The notes under the pieces: generated by a model
What the model was told of the DNA's origin: nothing
Seen by the model: the letters and a program-made list of their open reading frames with translations, nothing else
The model's database searches: none
Position numbers and translations under genes: made by a program
From: Vermamoeba vermiformis
Lineage: Eukaryota
NCBI GenBank assembly: GCA_045837725.1
Contig: JBEWZL010000077.1
Location: 372,001 to 436,000 of the forward strand
Length of the DNA: 64,000 nucleotides
Direction: 5' to 3'
In this document: piece by piece, positions 24,501 through 36,807 of the stretch
How positions within the stretch are numbered: position 1 is the first letter of the stretch
Layout: each line of letters begins with the position of its first letter

Positions 24501-25471
24501 CGACGAACATAAATACTTTGCTTGGTGGGCTTTCTTTGATAGAGAACGGCTTGCTGGCAAGCATGATTTCCACTTCGGTTGATTGTCCGCAGGCATCTTC
24601 AATTATGACTGAATAAGCACCAAAATCTTGTGGTTCGAAGGAAGAAAAGTTTAAAGTGTTGGCGGCTGATAAAATTACGTTGTCTCTCAGCCACGTGAAG
24701 CGAAGGTCCAGCCCTGTAGCCTCCACAGAAATGGAAAAGGGCATTCCAACATCTGGGGAGTTAGGGCTTATTTCTTGAACGATTATTGTGGGACACACCC
24801 GCAAACTGGCTGTGCGGGATGTGATGCTTGTTTGACACTCGTCACTAACTCGAACGGAATACAAGCCGTCATTATATTCTTGAGTTTCTAAAATTGAATA
24901 GGTTGGTTGAGTGGCTCCAGCTATCAGTTCGTTATTGAAAAGCCATTGATACGAGATTTGTGTTCCAGATGCGCTTGACCAAAATTGAACAGGTGAGCCA
25001 ACGACGGCAAATGCATCTTGAGGGTGTTGGTCTATCAATAGTGGTCTGCAAAAGGAAAACATATCCGAATATTGTAGAACGGTCCTGCATCCTCTTTGCG
25101 AGAAAGAGTTAAGTCGTAGCCTCAGGCGGCCGGTTGGCGCATCGAACCTAGAAGTCCACCGAAATGATGATTCGGTAAAGGAGGCCGAGCCTAATCTACT
25201 GCATCCTTGTGTCTGAGCACCTGGACAGAATTGAATTTCTACGGTGTTTGGCGAGCATAGCGGAAAGGTTTCCCAGGTCCATTGTAAAGTTATTATTTGT
25301 CCTGCTGTAATTGGGCCGCCTCTAGGACTTGTCGTAAAGCCCGATATCTCGTTGATCTGACCTGTTTCAGAATTTAAGTCGAAGTTAATGATTCTACTGC
25401 AGCTTACATTTATAACTGCCAAAAAATAACGGCAATAGATATAAAAGTAGACTCAAAAATTTAACCTCCAT
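18537..25471 (-). CDS. Single-pass receptor kinase: signal peptide, multiple Ig-like repeats, TM helix, TKL-type kinase
   Basis: Signal MEVKFLSLLLYLLPLFFG. Ig-like repeats (e.g. ITQQPETVRIFLNQTAELSVTAEGRSLEFQWR; YQWLFN..IAGAT..DGLYSVRVS). TM ISLVVVLVCSSAVVAIVVTVVYV-RRK. Kinase IGEGGFGVVY, VAVK, HRDIKADN, DFG, GTPIYMAPE. The last intron (22221-20136) contains a transposon. Confidence 0.88.
20153..22184 (-). mobile_element. Pogo/Tigger/Fot1-like DNA transposon with ~52-bp TIRs and flanking TAA duplication
   Basis: Left end GAGTGAGTCTCCGATTTTGTCCCAAACCCC; the right end reverse-complemented is GAGTGAGTCGCCGATTTTGTCCCAAACCCC. Each TIR has an internal repeat of ATTTTGTCCCAA. TAA at 20150-20152 and 22185-22187. 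Confidence 0.93.
20304..22016 (-). CDS. DDE_1 (pogo-type) transposase, 570 aa, intact, with C-terminal Cys/His cluster
   Basis: FIINADES, LLLLDRHSTH, LPAHTTHLLQPLDDVIF (DDD triad). CENP-B-like HTH region (LTDQQEKRL...WFSNFL). CxxC...CxxC...CxxC...H tail. Confidence 0.9.
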   Translation of the reverse strand: MAKYENEIHEINQRISENGETISEIIRDLTRNSPNKFETLRKAYQRAQKNKEKKHGNQMLTDQQEKRLCSIILAFSASGIALSRSVFISFVRKIFELPEDWRGDHWFSNFLIRNSDHISHAFGKDLDMGRVNSVTIDIIESFVKEYKRLLEEKSYTDDFIINADESPCKFTDGESSKILTSANSKKQGRLSTPKSHLRTILPFVAASGRVWMIVLIYKDMSQNGNEKKNSIPVTTELRYTRSTIPTYYATTANGFITNELWKQIIARLVERLSAFKQGQPALLLLDRHSTHLELTSINLLLDSDIQPLYLPAHTTHLLQPLDDVIFGSFKRKMRVKRDLERMRRLLTGETLHSVIEDIITEEKSNIFDKEVIKAGFRHTGIWPFDSALISKKFQNMYMFDTKPQLHTSEDEEVKAMALILKEALIPNQTKTPIKRVRANERNKLVTGQQLVIYAREKEEKALKEKEAKELAKKEREDKKRKREEEKEERQELVKRRKLDKQSDVISRTCSPCRRIYTKKHKFWVCTSCNSYQVCKKCQKRDIHDEHAAECGSDLSEERSDLASDEGELHD

Positions 25472-25606
25472 TGAGGTCTTCCTCAGTTGTTTTGCAAGTG
25501 AACTAAAAAAAATCTCGTTGATGTGTTGACAGCGGAAAAAACCCGCGCAATATTTTAATCGTTGCGCACTAAACAGGATCCAGCTTGGTTAACTAACGTT
25601 TTCATT

Positions 25607-27068
25607 TCAACAGTGTGGCCGCGTGTAACATCCATGTGAAGCGGTTCCCGTACAAGTGTAAATTTGCAAAGTGCTCTGTTTGCGTGTCCAATTGTAGCCA
25701 CCGCCTTTAGCTTGCACAAGCATGTTTGAGCAGCCTACGTTGTGGTAAGTAAGTGGCACTACTTGAGGGACGTTCCAGTTGTCGGAGGTGAATGTCAAAG
25801 TCGAGTCCACAGTCACGCAATTGGCACAATAAAATTGACCGTTTGGATAAGTTTTCACTGTAACGCTGACAGGGCCGAGCTCTTCGATAGGCGGGGAGGT
25901 CAATGAGATGGTAGGCTGGACGTCGGCAGATCCGTCAGAGTACATAATAAAGGGATAGGGAGGAGTCACACGGAAGCCTGTTTAGTTCAACCGTTAGACT
26001 GAGAATACTACGATTACTACAAGTAGATGACGTACCAGCGTCGCCGTTGCCACATCGAGATTGCCATTGATCGGGTACCGCAAAGTCTGCATCGGATACT
26101 GAGGTCTTGAAGGTATGATAAACTCGCACGTAGTACCTGTGCAGTCCCGTTAGTAAGTATAACTAACATATCTCAGTTGATTTTTGTTGACCGACTTACG
26201 AATCAGATCCGAAGCCATGTCCAGCTTCTGCTTGAATGTCCATAGCAGGCAAGGGATTAGCACCTTGTGTGAACATGACGCTGTTGCACGGAACGTTTCC
26301 GATGCCGGATGTAGTCAATTTGCAAATGTCGGTAGAATCCCATCTCTTTAATAGCATTAAAAATATATTAGAAAGACTTAAATAATTATATTATTAACAT
26401 AACGTACGTCAGTCCAAATACCAAGCTCGTCCACGTAATAGGGACCGGTGTATTGCAAGTTGTTCGGCAGTTCATAAAACGGACCAACTTCTTCGAAAGT
26501 TTGGCTGTTCGCAGCGTACATCCAACTATCAGGCCAAGGACCTTGATCGTCGACCTGTTCGTAGTAGCACTTTACTGTGTTGTTGTACGGGTAGCCTGGA
26601 TTCAGTACAAATTGGGTGTAGTTTTGGCCGTAAGTCTGTAATAATTAATAAAGGTAAGAACATTATTGACGTAAGCTGCTCGTGATTTTGAAATACCGTA
26701 TATGCTACAATTTTAGCTTAAATCAAAATTAATTCTCGATCACGTTAAGTGCAAGTACTTACGCTGGTTGGATCAGCGCCAGACGGTCTAAAAATTAAGA
26801 GGTATTCTCCGGGGAGGTAAGGATAGATGGCTTTTGCTCTTTTGTTCGGTAAATCCAAGTAAAAAGAGCTCATCTGGCCAGGCATTCTATAACCAAGATC
26901 TAAAACGTACATTAATATTTTCTTAATCATAAACCTTGTAGGTTACTCACTTGAAGCATTGAAAATAGCAGTAAAGACTTCCGGATACGGATTTAGCGTT
27001 GGTTTGCCTTTCGAGTACACAACGGCAAGCAAGCAACAAGCGAACAACAGTCCTAAGATGCTCTTCAT
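25607..27068 (-). CDS. Secreted protein; possible ependymin-like N-terminal region plus C-terminal beta-sandwich with LTFTSDNWNVPQ motif
   Basis: Signal MKSILGLLFACCLLAVVYS. Multi-exon. FYLDLPNKRAK and YHTFKTSVSDADFAVPDQW..C resemble ependymin-related proteins (weak). Confidence 0.55.
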
Positions 27069-27294
27069 GTCGTGACTGGCTATTATATACAAAGAATCAC
27101 CGTTTTTTGTTATGTTTTAACTGTCTGTCGAAGAATGTTCGGTTCGACAGCAGAAGGATCTGAACTCTTTCTGGCGACTTTTCGAGCACGTGGCCGGTAC
27201 AAAATAGGCATAAATCGCCTTGTTTGAATTTAATTGCTCGAAAATATTCCCAACGAAGGTCACAGTCTTAAAACATAAAGATCTGGATCGAAGG

Positions 27295-27900
27295 ATGAAT
27301 TTTCAAAGCGCAACAATAATTGTCGTAGTTTTGTTGGTTGCTTCGGCATCTGCAGAGTGGATGGTCGCCGGACACTGCGGTGGCAACAAAGTCAATGGTA
27401 TTACCATCTCAAACGGCAATTGCTCGCCTAATGGTTCCTTCTACAACCTGATCGTAACGAAGCGTGGAAAAGCTCACTTGCACTGGTGCACTGATAGCGC
27501 TTGTACTTCGTGCACAGATATGAAAGATTATGAAATAATACCATTTGATAATTGTACTACAGCTCAGTTTAGATACACCACAAAAACGAATCCCGAATCT
27601 GCCGTTATCGCGCTACTTGGTGGAATGGCCTACGGATTCGGTGACTCGTACGACAACTGCACAACTGCATGCGAGACAGGTTATTATGCTGCCAACAGAT
27701 GCAATTCGTATCCTAAAAAAGGTATTTCTCAAAGGATTGATTGCACTCCTGGCGAGCAGACAGGATTACAGATTAATTACGGGCATGATGCGATGTGCCA
27801 AGGAGAGACTTCCAGTAGCCCCCTCCCGGTAGGAACTGGTTGTAACGGCGATAACAGTGGAGGGAAGATAAGATTCTCTTTCTGCAAGTTCCAAAAATAG
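27295..27900 (+). CDS. Secreted Cys-rich protein (~201 aa), intronless
   Basis: ATG 27295 gives signal peptide MNFQSATIIVVVLLVASASA; many Cys in the mature part. Confidence 0.75.
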   Translation: MNFQSATIIVVVLLVASASAEWMVAGHCGGNKVNGITISNGNCSPNGSFYNLIVTKRGKAHLHWCTDSACTSCTDMKDYEIIPFDNCTTAQFRYTTKTNPESAVIALLGGMAYGFGDSYDNCTTACETGYYAANRCNSYPKKGISQRIDCTPGEQTGLQINYGHDAMCQGETSSSPLPVGTGCNGDNSGGKIRFSFCKFQK

Positions 27901-28117
27901 AATTATTTAACGGAACGCAGTACTGCGATTTATTATTGTATATTAGATTAATACTGGTTGAAAATAAAAAAATAGCCATCAAACTCTTGTTTGGACAATT
28001 ACTCACCGCCTTGATTACATCATCGCGCACAACTTTTAGGCTTACTGATATGCAAGGATTTCTCATTTTATTATTCACATGAACTTATTTTACATTGTTT
28101 TATTATTCAAGCATCTA

Positions 28118-31100
28118 CTATGCTTGTTCTTCGTCTTCGTAGCCAAGAGCAGTCCATAGCCACGAGAACCAGCCCGATTGTTGTTGCTGTTGTTGACCGG
28201 ATCTAGGATTGTTCGTTCTGGCCGGCGGTTTAGCACCCGCTTCAATATCAATTGTAGTGTTGTTGTTATTGGCAGGGACCATATTACTTGCTGGCGGCAA
28301 AATGTCCACGGCCTTGGTGCCAGATCCGCTCACTGGAACGATAGGCAAAGTTGCCATGTTGGTATTATTAGCGCCTAATAACGTTCTGTATTCTTCAATG
28401 ATCTGTCGCAGTTCATTATTTTCGACTTTCAACTCGATGATGACAGTGTTCAATTGCGCGACAGTTTGTTCGAGATCGTTAGCGCGGTACAGATTTGTCG
28501 GGTTGTGCGCGGGATGATTGTTTTCATCGTGGTTCATGGTCGATGGCAAAAGATTGTACTGCTTGAGAATGTTCTCGAATTGCGTGCGTTCACTTTCAAT
28601 CTTGTTCTTCTCTTCAAGCAGCACTTCTTTCTCCTTATTCACGTTCTCTAATTTCTCCGTCAACGATGACACTTTGTTGACAGCATCGGCCTCGACAGCA
28701 CGCTCTTGCAACAATTCTTCCAAGACACGTGTCTGTTGGTGCAATTGCTTGCTAACAGTCACTTTCTCGCGCTTCAAAATTTCAATCTCGGTACGAAGTG
28801 CATTGACTTGGGCGTCATTGCTGAGCGGGATCTTTGCATCAGCTTGGACCCTAATAGCGGCTTCTAATTCTTCAATGCGCTTGCCTTGTTGAGCAATCTT
28901 CTCGAGCATTGACTGATGGTCGGCACCGTCTTGAAAAAATATCATTAGTAACTCGTGAAAAAATTGCTAAAGTGTCATGTGGACGTACCCGGCAAAGTGC
29001 TTTTAGCCTGCAACAAGGTGTTTTGTTGCTCGATTTGACGTTGAAGTTGCACCAAGGTCTGTTTCAGCTGATTGTTCTCGTTCTGATACTGATCCACGTC
29101 ACCGTTCAATTTGTAAATCGTGTCGAAGATCTCTCTGTTCTTGTCATTAGAGTCAATCAACTCGCGCTTCAACGCATCAAGTTGCTCGGCCAAACTCTTG
29201 TTGCTGCTGCTTAGCGCGTGTAACTCCTCGGACAAAGTCACGCTAGTATGATTCAGCTGTGAATTTTCCTCGGAAAGTTTTGAGTTGCCTTCAGTCATCA
29301 CCGCCAATTCTTCTCTCAACCGCGAAATTTCGTTTTCTTTGAGCATAGTCAACTCGTCCAATTGTCGCTGGAAGTCTTGTTGTTGATCAGACAATCTCGT
29401 GTGTTCGAGGCTCTTAGACTCAGCCTCTTCTTCCTTGGCCTTAAGCTCTTGTTTGACGCGCTCAAGTTCCTCTTCGAGCGTGACCACTCGCTGGTTGATC
29501 AACGTGATTTCTTTTTCTTTCACGTCTGAATGAGTCTTGTACTTGACGAGGTCTCTGTTCTTGGCCTCTAATTTGGCAGTGAGCTCGTAGAACTCTTCTT
29601 TCTTGTTCTCCAATTCGTTCATCAACTCGTTCTTCTGTTGCATCAACTCGTCCAACATATCAGTGTTCTGTTGGGCCTTGGACTGTTCTTCTTGCAATTG
29701 GCTGTTCAACGACTCTTGGACGGACTGTTGTTCATTGAATTGTTGCGTGATAGTGTTCAATTGTTCTTGCAACTGTTGCACTTGTTGACGCAGTTGTTGG
29801 CTTTCAGCGGACTCGGATTCACTGCGCTCAGCTTGCACGGCTACAACGCGGCGTTAGTAAAGACTTGCCTAATATGGTAATGCCGTTCAGTGAAAACGTA
29901 CCTTTAGCTTGCTCGGTCATCTGTTGCATGGTCAAGTACTGGCTGCGAATCTTTTCGTTGGCTTCTGACAGCAATTGTTCCAACTGACGCTTGTCAGAGT
30001 CGAGTCTGTCAACACGTTCCGCGAGTTGTTTGACTTGTCCTTTGAACGACTGAGCCTCGGACATGAAGTCATTGGCAGTCTGAACTTGTTCTTTCAACTG
30101 CGCGTTTTTCTCAGAAATTTGAGCTGTCAACTGTGACACTTGAGCTTGTAACTTTGACACGGCTGCAGCTTGAGAACTGAATTCGCCAGATTTGTCGGTC
30201 AAAGTCGCGTTGAGTTGTTCCTTTTCGCTAACAAGTTGCTCGAATCTCGTGTTCATTTCTTCGATCTTCTTGTTCAATTCTTCGTTGTGCGAGGTCAACT
30301 CTTGAATCTTATCGTTCAATTGGCTCTTTTCATTGAACAAAGTTGAAATTCGTTCAGCGAATTTGGCCTCGAGCTCTTGTACATTTTCATTGCCTTGAGC
30401 TTGCTCAGTGGACTTAGCCAACTCTTCTTTCACCGATTCAAGATCGCGTTTGGCTTGCTCGAGTTGACTGTCCTTCTCGGCAACAGATCTTTGCAGTTCT
30501 TCGAAATCTCGCTTGGAGTTTTCCAAGGTTTGCACGAGCTCGTTCTTTTCAGCTTGCCAATTGTTGTTTTGGTCGTTGGCTTGCTGTTCTAACTTAGCCT
30601 GCAAATCTTGAATCAATTTGTTCTGTTTCTTCAGTTGCACGGCCTTCTGTTGCAATTCAGTGAAATATTGTTGGGCAGTTTCGACCTGTTCCTTCAATTG
30701 ATCGTTTTTACGGTGCAATTGCGATGAAATTTCATCGAATTGGTGCGTCTTTTCAGCCAATTGCTTTTGCAGTTCTTTCGTGTGCGAGCGCATCTGTTCT
30801 ATGGCGTCATTTTGTTCTTGGAATTCTTGTTCCTGGGCACTAGCCAGATCGATTTTTTCACGTTGCAAATTGGCGATTTGTTCTTGGAACATTTTGACAT
30901 TTTCACCGAGAATTCTTTCAGACTCTTCAATGTCCTTAGACTTTTGTGCAAGCAATTGATCACGTTCTTGAACAGACAAACTCAACGTCTCTAACTGCTT
31001 CTCTCGTTCTTCAGCGGCTTGTTGAAGTTTTTGCACTTGTTCGTTCAGATCCGCAATAATCTTCTTGGTAGTTTCATCCGAAGAAGAATTGGATTCGAGC

Positions 31101-34100
31101 TGTGCCTTCAAATCAGCAATAGCTTTGTCTTTCTGTTGCAAAACGACTTGAACTTTCTTCAGTCGTTCTTTGTTGTTCTGCTTGAACGTCTCGAGCTGTT
31201 GTTCACGCTCTTTGACCTGTTCTTGCAAAGTTGAAATTTCGCCGTTGATCTTAGTGACTTCTTCGTCACGCTTAGCGAGCTGTTCTTTGACTGTTTCCAA
31301 CTCCGTTGAAGCGTTGTTGATCGACTCTTGCTTGGACTGCAATTGGGACTTCAACTCTTCAAGTTCTTTTTCACGCTCAGCCAAGATTTTGTTAACCTCA
31401 TCTACGGCTTGAGTGTTAGAACTAGCCTCGCTTAATGACGTTCGTAATCTCTCCGCTTCGTCATTTGCAGATCGGACTTGTTCTTCCTTTGCAGAAATTT
31501 CGCTCTTCAATCGTTCAAGTTCAGCGTCAGCCTCGGAGATCTTAGCGTTCAAAGTAACAATCATTTGATTCTTTTCTTCATCGCCAGCCGAGCCAGAAGT
31601 AATTCTCTCGTTCAATTCTTTCACGGCGTCTTCGTGCTGCTTTTGAGCCTCAGCCAACTTCTCTTCGAAGGCCTTAAGTTCATCAATCTTTGCAGACAAC
31701 TCCTGGTCCCTTTCAGATAACTTGTCCTCGCGTGACTTTATCTCAGAGCCGTGCTGCTCTTTCAACGAGTTGAGTTCTTGTTCGAGCTGCTCCACGCGTT
31801 CAGATCTGCTCTTGAACTCGCTCTCTTGAGTCTCGAGCTTTGTTTGTGTATCTTGCAACAAAGTCGATCGTTCTTCGAGTTGCTTAGTCAAATCACCGTG
31901 TTCGGAAGTCAAAGAATTGAACTTGGACTCGAGTTCTTGCAATTTAGTTTCAGTATCCTAAAAAGGAAGTTAGCACGTGCAAGTCCATACAAACATCAAA
32001 TCGTACCTTTTTGCTATCATTCGTGCTGCTCAAATCTTTTTCTCGTTCTTCCAAAGTGCCACTCAAGTCACGTACTTTGTTCTTGAGTTCTTGCACCTCG
32101 TTCAACAACTTGTCATTTTCAGTACGAAGTTCTTGAATGACTTGACTTTCTTGTTGACCAGCTTGTTCACGGAGTTGTTCTAACTGCTTCTTTAAGCTAT
32201 CGGACTCCTCCTTGAACTTGGCTTGCTCGGCAGTGAGGGCCTTGATCTTTTCGAACGATTTCTATTTGGTCGAATTAGTACTGTAAGGCAGTTACTATTC
32301 TCTAATTATACGTACTCGCATGATCGCATCTTTTTGACCGACTTGATAGTCGAGCTTCTGAGTGTCTTCAGTGTATTTTTTCTCCCATTCGCCGACCTTC
32401 ACAGCCAATTCGTTGTACTTGTAAGTGAACGATGAGAACCTGCTTCGAAGGTCTTCGCTCTTTTGCTTTTCTTCGTCAAGGGTCTGTTGCAAAGATTTTT
32501 CTCTTTGGCTGGTCTCTTCGATCTGTTGTGCCAGGGTTGTTTTTTCCTCAGTCAATTTTTGCACTGTTTCGTTCAACGAGCTTTCACGTGTCGTGAGTTG
32601 CTCGAGGCTCTCTGACTGCTCTTTGTTCTTTGCCTGCAACTCTTCAATTTGCTTCGTCAGCTCTTCTCTGAGTTGTTCTGCGTGTTGAGTGCTCGATGAC
32701 TGCACTTCTGAGAGTTGAGTCTCGAATTGAGTGTTGGCGGCTTTCAACTCCTCTACGAGCTTTTGCGAGGCCTCGAGATCAGTCCTCAGTTGTGCGACTT
32801 GCTGTTCAACGTCTATTTGTGCAATTAGTAAAAAAGCATTTGCGGTAACTGTATGCATGACTTACTAGTCTTTTCTTCGTTCAAGGAACTCTCGCGCGTG
32901 GTGAGTTGCTCGAGGCTCTCCGACTGCTCCTTGTTCTTAGCCTGCAACTCTTCAATTTGTTTCATCAACTCTCCTTTGAGATGTTCCTCGCGCTCAGTGC
33001 CAGCTGTCTGAACCTCCGAGAGCTGCGTCTCAAATTGAGCGTTGGCAGCCTTCAACTCTTCCACGACCCTCTGCGAGGCCTCGAGATCGGTTCTGAGTTG
33101 TTCGATTTGCTTTTCAACACCTACTCGCCGCATTAGCTAATAGACACTTATTAAAGTATCGATCTCTGACTTACTGGACTTTTCTTCGTTCAAAGAACTT
33201 TCACGTGTAGTGAGTTGTTCAATAGTTTCCATCTGCTCTTTGTTCTTAGTCTGCAACTCTTCAATTTGCTTTGTCAGCTCTTCTCTGAGTTGTTCTGCTT
33301 GTTGAGTGCTTGATGACTGCACTTCTGAAAGTTGAGTCTCGAATTGGGTGTTGGCAGCCTTCAACTCCTCGATGAGCTTTTGTGAGGCCTCGAGATCACC
33401 TCTTAATTGCTCAACTTGCTGTTCGACGCCTATTTGAAACATTCATTAGAAACTGTTTGGAGTATCAGGTATATTTGTGACTTACTAGTCTTTTCGTCGT
33501 TCAAAGTTGTGTAAGAAGTCTTACTAGCCTCGAATTCTTCGCGCAACTTGTTGAGCTCGTCAGTGAGAGCTTTATTTTTCTCTTCACTTTCGCTCAACTG
33601 TTGCGTGTACGCTGAAGAATTTTGGCTCAACTCGCCCTTCTCGGACTCCAACTGAGCCACGCGGTCCTTAGTGCTAGTCAACTCTTCGGACAACGATTTG
33701 TTCTCCTCAGTGAGCTTATCTTCGCGTTCTTTCAGGGATGATATCGACTCTTCGGACGAAGATTTAGCTTGGACTAATGAATCACGCTCTTCGGTGAGGG
33801 CTTGAAGCTGATTTTTCAACTCGTCAATGGTAGTTTTGAAGCTTTCTTCTGCTGATTTCAAAGCAGAAAGTGACTCATCAGACGAGGATTTTTCACGCAT
33901 CAAAGTCTCTCGCTCATCGTTGGCAGTGTTAAGTTGAGTTTTCAGTTCTTCAATGGTTTGAGTGAGTGCTTTGATCGTGTCAAAATTCTCAGAAAGTGTT
34001 TGTTGTGACACATTTTGGTTGTCTTTTAACGCATCAAGCTTTTGAGTAGTTTGGGCCAGTTCTTCACGGTACTTGTCATTTTCGGCTTGCAAAGTGTCAA

Positions 34101-36624
34101 ACTCATCCTCTTTCTAAACAAGGTGTTAAATCTTGCAAAAAAATGCGGTTTTTTAATCTCCTCGGACACTTACCTCAGTCAAAGTTTGTTTTAATTCATT
34201 GAGTTTCTCGTCCTTGCTCGTGGCTTGTTGACGAGCCTCTTCGAGCTCTTTGTTCAATTGTGAGAGTGTTTCGTTGAGGTTCGAACTCTCGCCAATGAGT
34301 TTTTCACGCTCGTGCTTCATCTCTTCGTTGTCCTTCAGAGCTTGCATTAACTTCTGGCCCAGCTCCTCTTGCGCCTGACTTCCGAGATTTTGATTCTCTT
34401 TGAGCAATTCTTTCTCGCGTTCAACGGAATCGAACCGAGATTTCAAGTCCTCGTAGTTTTGCGCCAAAGTAGTTTGCTGTTCCTTGATTTGTTGGTTCTC
34501 GTCCTCCAGGTCACGTGACTTTTCCTTAATTTGGTTAAGTTCTTGCGCAAGTTTTTCTTTTGCAGCGTTAGCCTCGTTTAATGCCTTCGTTTGATCTTCA
34601 CGCAGTTGCTCAATTTCGCTTTCAAATCGCTGCACGGTCTCTTTAAGATTTTCTTTCACAGATTCATAATCGGTCTGCAAAGATGCAAATTGTTTTGCTT
34701 TTTCATCGAGCAGACCTTGCAACTCTTCTTTTTCTTGTTGAGCTTTAGACGCTTGTTCGGTCAGTTCCGATTCTCTGTGTCTTAATTGCGTGAGCTGTTC
34801 AGTGAGTTCGCTCAAGCGATCTCTAAACTTTTGCTGTTGTTCACTAAGTTCGCCTTGATTAGCTCGCATATTGTCACGCTCAGTCTCGGCCTCTTTTAAC
34901 TTTTCAAGCACGCTCTCGTAATTGGCTTGCAGCTCTTGTTTCTCTTTCAAAACCCCTTCGCTGCCTTGCGACATAGACGTCACTTGTTCTTGCAACTTTG
35001 CAATTTGTTCGTTCAAGTCGTTATTCTGCTGCTGAGAAAGTTGTTTTTCTTCGGTCAATTGAGCCAATTTGGTCTTATATTCGTCCAAAGCATTTTGAAG
35101 TTCTTGTTGTTTCTCTGACAAATCCTTATTCTCATTCGCCGAGGTCTCTTGTTGCTGCTTAATTTCTTCGAATTCTTGACGCAATTTTTCTTGTTGTTCT
35201 TTCAACTCTTCGTTTTCTTTCTTGGCCTGTTCGAGTTGTTGGATCTGTTCTTGCATTTGACTGGACATTGATTCTTGTTGCTTTTGCTTGAACTCTTCGT
35301 ACTCTGCATTCAAAGTCTCGAGCTGTTGCTTAATCTCGTCTCGGCTCCTCTCAATTTCTTCGCGCTTGGAGATAAACTCAGTTTCCAACTGCGCTTTGAG
35401 CTCTTGAATCTTTTGGTGGCCTTCTTCTTCCATCTTTTTAATCGTATTGTTCAATTCACGAACAGACGCGTTGGCTTTTGCCACGAGAGTAAATTGTTCG
35501 TCGATCCGGCCTTGCAACTCCGACTTTTCCTTATTAATTTGATCGTTCATCAATACTTGAGCCTAAAATATATTATTAGTAATTAGTATTACTATCATAA
35601 TATTTATTTTTACCTTTAGTTTCTGTTGCTCAGTTTTGACTTGTTGCAGTAACTCGTTCTTTTCGTTAGTAAAAGCGTCGCTCTTTTGTTTCCAGTCTTC
35701 AAGCTGCTCTTTTAACTGCGTCAAATCACCGTTCAATTTTTCAACGGTCTCGCGGTGCGAAGTAATTTCTGAGCGATATTTGTCGAGTTCTTCAGCGTGT
35801 TCTTGTTTTAATTGTTGAATAACTTGATCATTGTTATTAACTGCAGCCTCTTCGTGCTTTGTCTCACCATTAGTCTCGGTGGAATTATTGGCTTCAGTTT
35901 CTTGGCTCGGTTGCTCAGCGGGTGATTCTTGCTTGGCTGCATCTGAAGCTTCAGTGGAGGGCTGATCTGAAGTCGTAGTTGATTCTTGAACAGTATTTTC
36001 AGTATTATTAGCGGAATTATTTCCATCTATGTCATTGGTTTGCGCGCCATTATTTTCTGGTGCTTGATCGGTGGTCGATCCTGCTTGATCTGGCTTGTCC
36101 ACCATATCTACCGCAGCATTTTCTTGTTTAGGTGTTTGATCAACGTTGTTATCACCGTTTTCGTTATTATTACTGGCTTCTCCTTCTTTTGGATCCTTCT
36201 AAATATTGCACACGTCAGATCTCATCTAGGTTTTTATATTTGAATAAATCACTTACCTTTTCAGGAGTGTTAGTTGCTGAGTCTCCTTGATTTTTCTTTT
36301 TCTTGAAGGCCATGAGCTGCAATTTCAAAAAAAGATTCGTTATTATTCCGTACGATCTGATAATTATTTGTTTGAATTATTTAACGAAAAATACAATCAA
36401 AATAAGTATTGCTTAATTAATTGACCAAAAAAAATAATGATTACGTAATATTCAGATTTTTTTTGAATTATTGAAAATTTTTTACTTGCCTTCTGACGGC
36501 CCATCCGCAGTAATTCTTCGCGAGAAGAACCTCCTTTGCTCGAGCCACCAAATACATATGTGCTAGGCGCGGCCTTTTCACCGATATTAAATCCTTTCGC
36601 GTTGGGCGAATTGTTGTTCGACAT
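28118..36624 (-). CDS. Very long coiled-coil protein, golgin-like, with GM130/AKAP450-like basic N-terminal motif
   Basis: More than 2,000 aa of Q/E/K heptads over many exons. The spliced N-terminus reads SREELLRMGRQK|LMAFKKKK; C-terminus SGWFSWLWTALGYEDEEQA. Confidence 0.8.
32570..33429 (-). repeat. Three tandem exon duplications (~309-bp period) inside the coiled-coil gene
   Basis: Exons 33429-33175 and 33120-32866 (255 nt each) and a third copy starting at 32812 all encode VE.Q..QLR.DLEASQ..VEELKAAN.QFETQLSEVQ...LTTRESSLNE. Confidence 0.9.
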
Positions 36625-36807
36625 CTTGATCGCGTCTTAACGTCACTTACAATTCCCCTACTTAAGTCTGCGATTGCATCTAATATCGCTGTAATTTAGA
36701 TAAAAAATGAATACTTGGTCCGTTTGAATAAAAAAGAAAATCAGGCCGAATTTTCACTCAGATGCACGAACAACCGTAACCTGCAAGCAAAAGTTTTACA
36801 CAAAATT

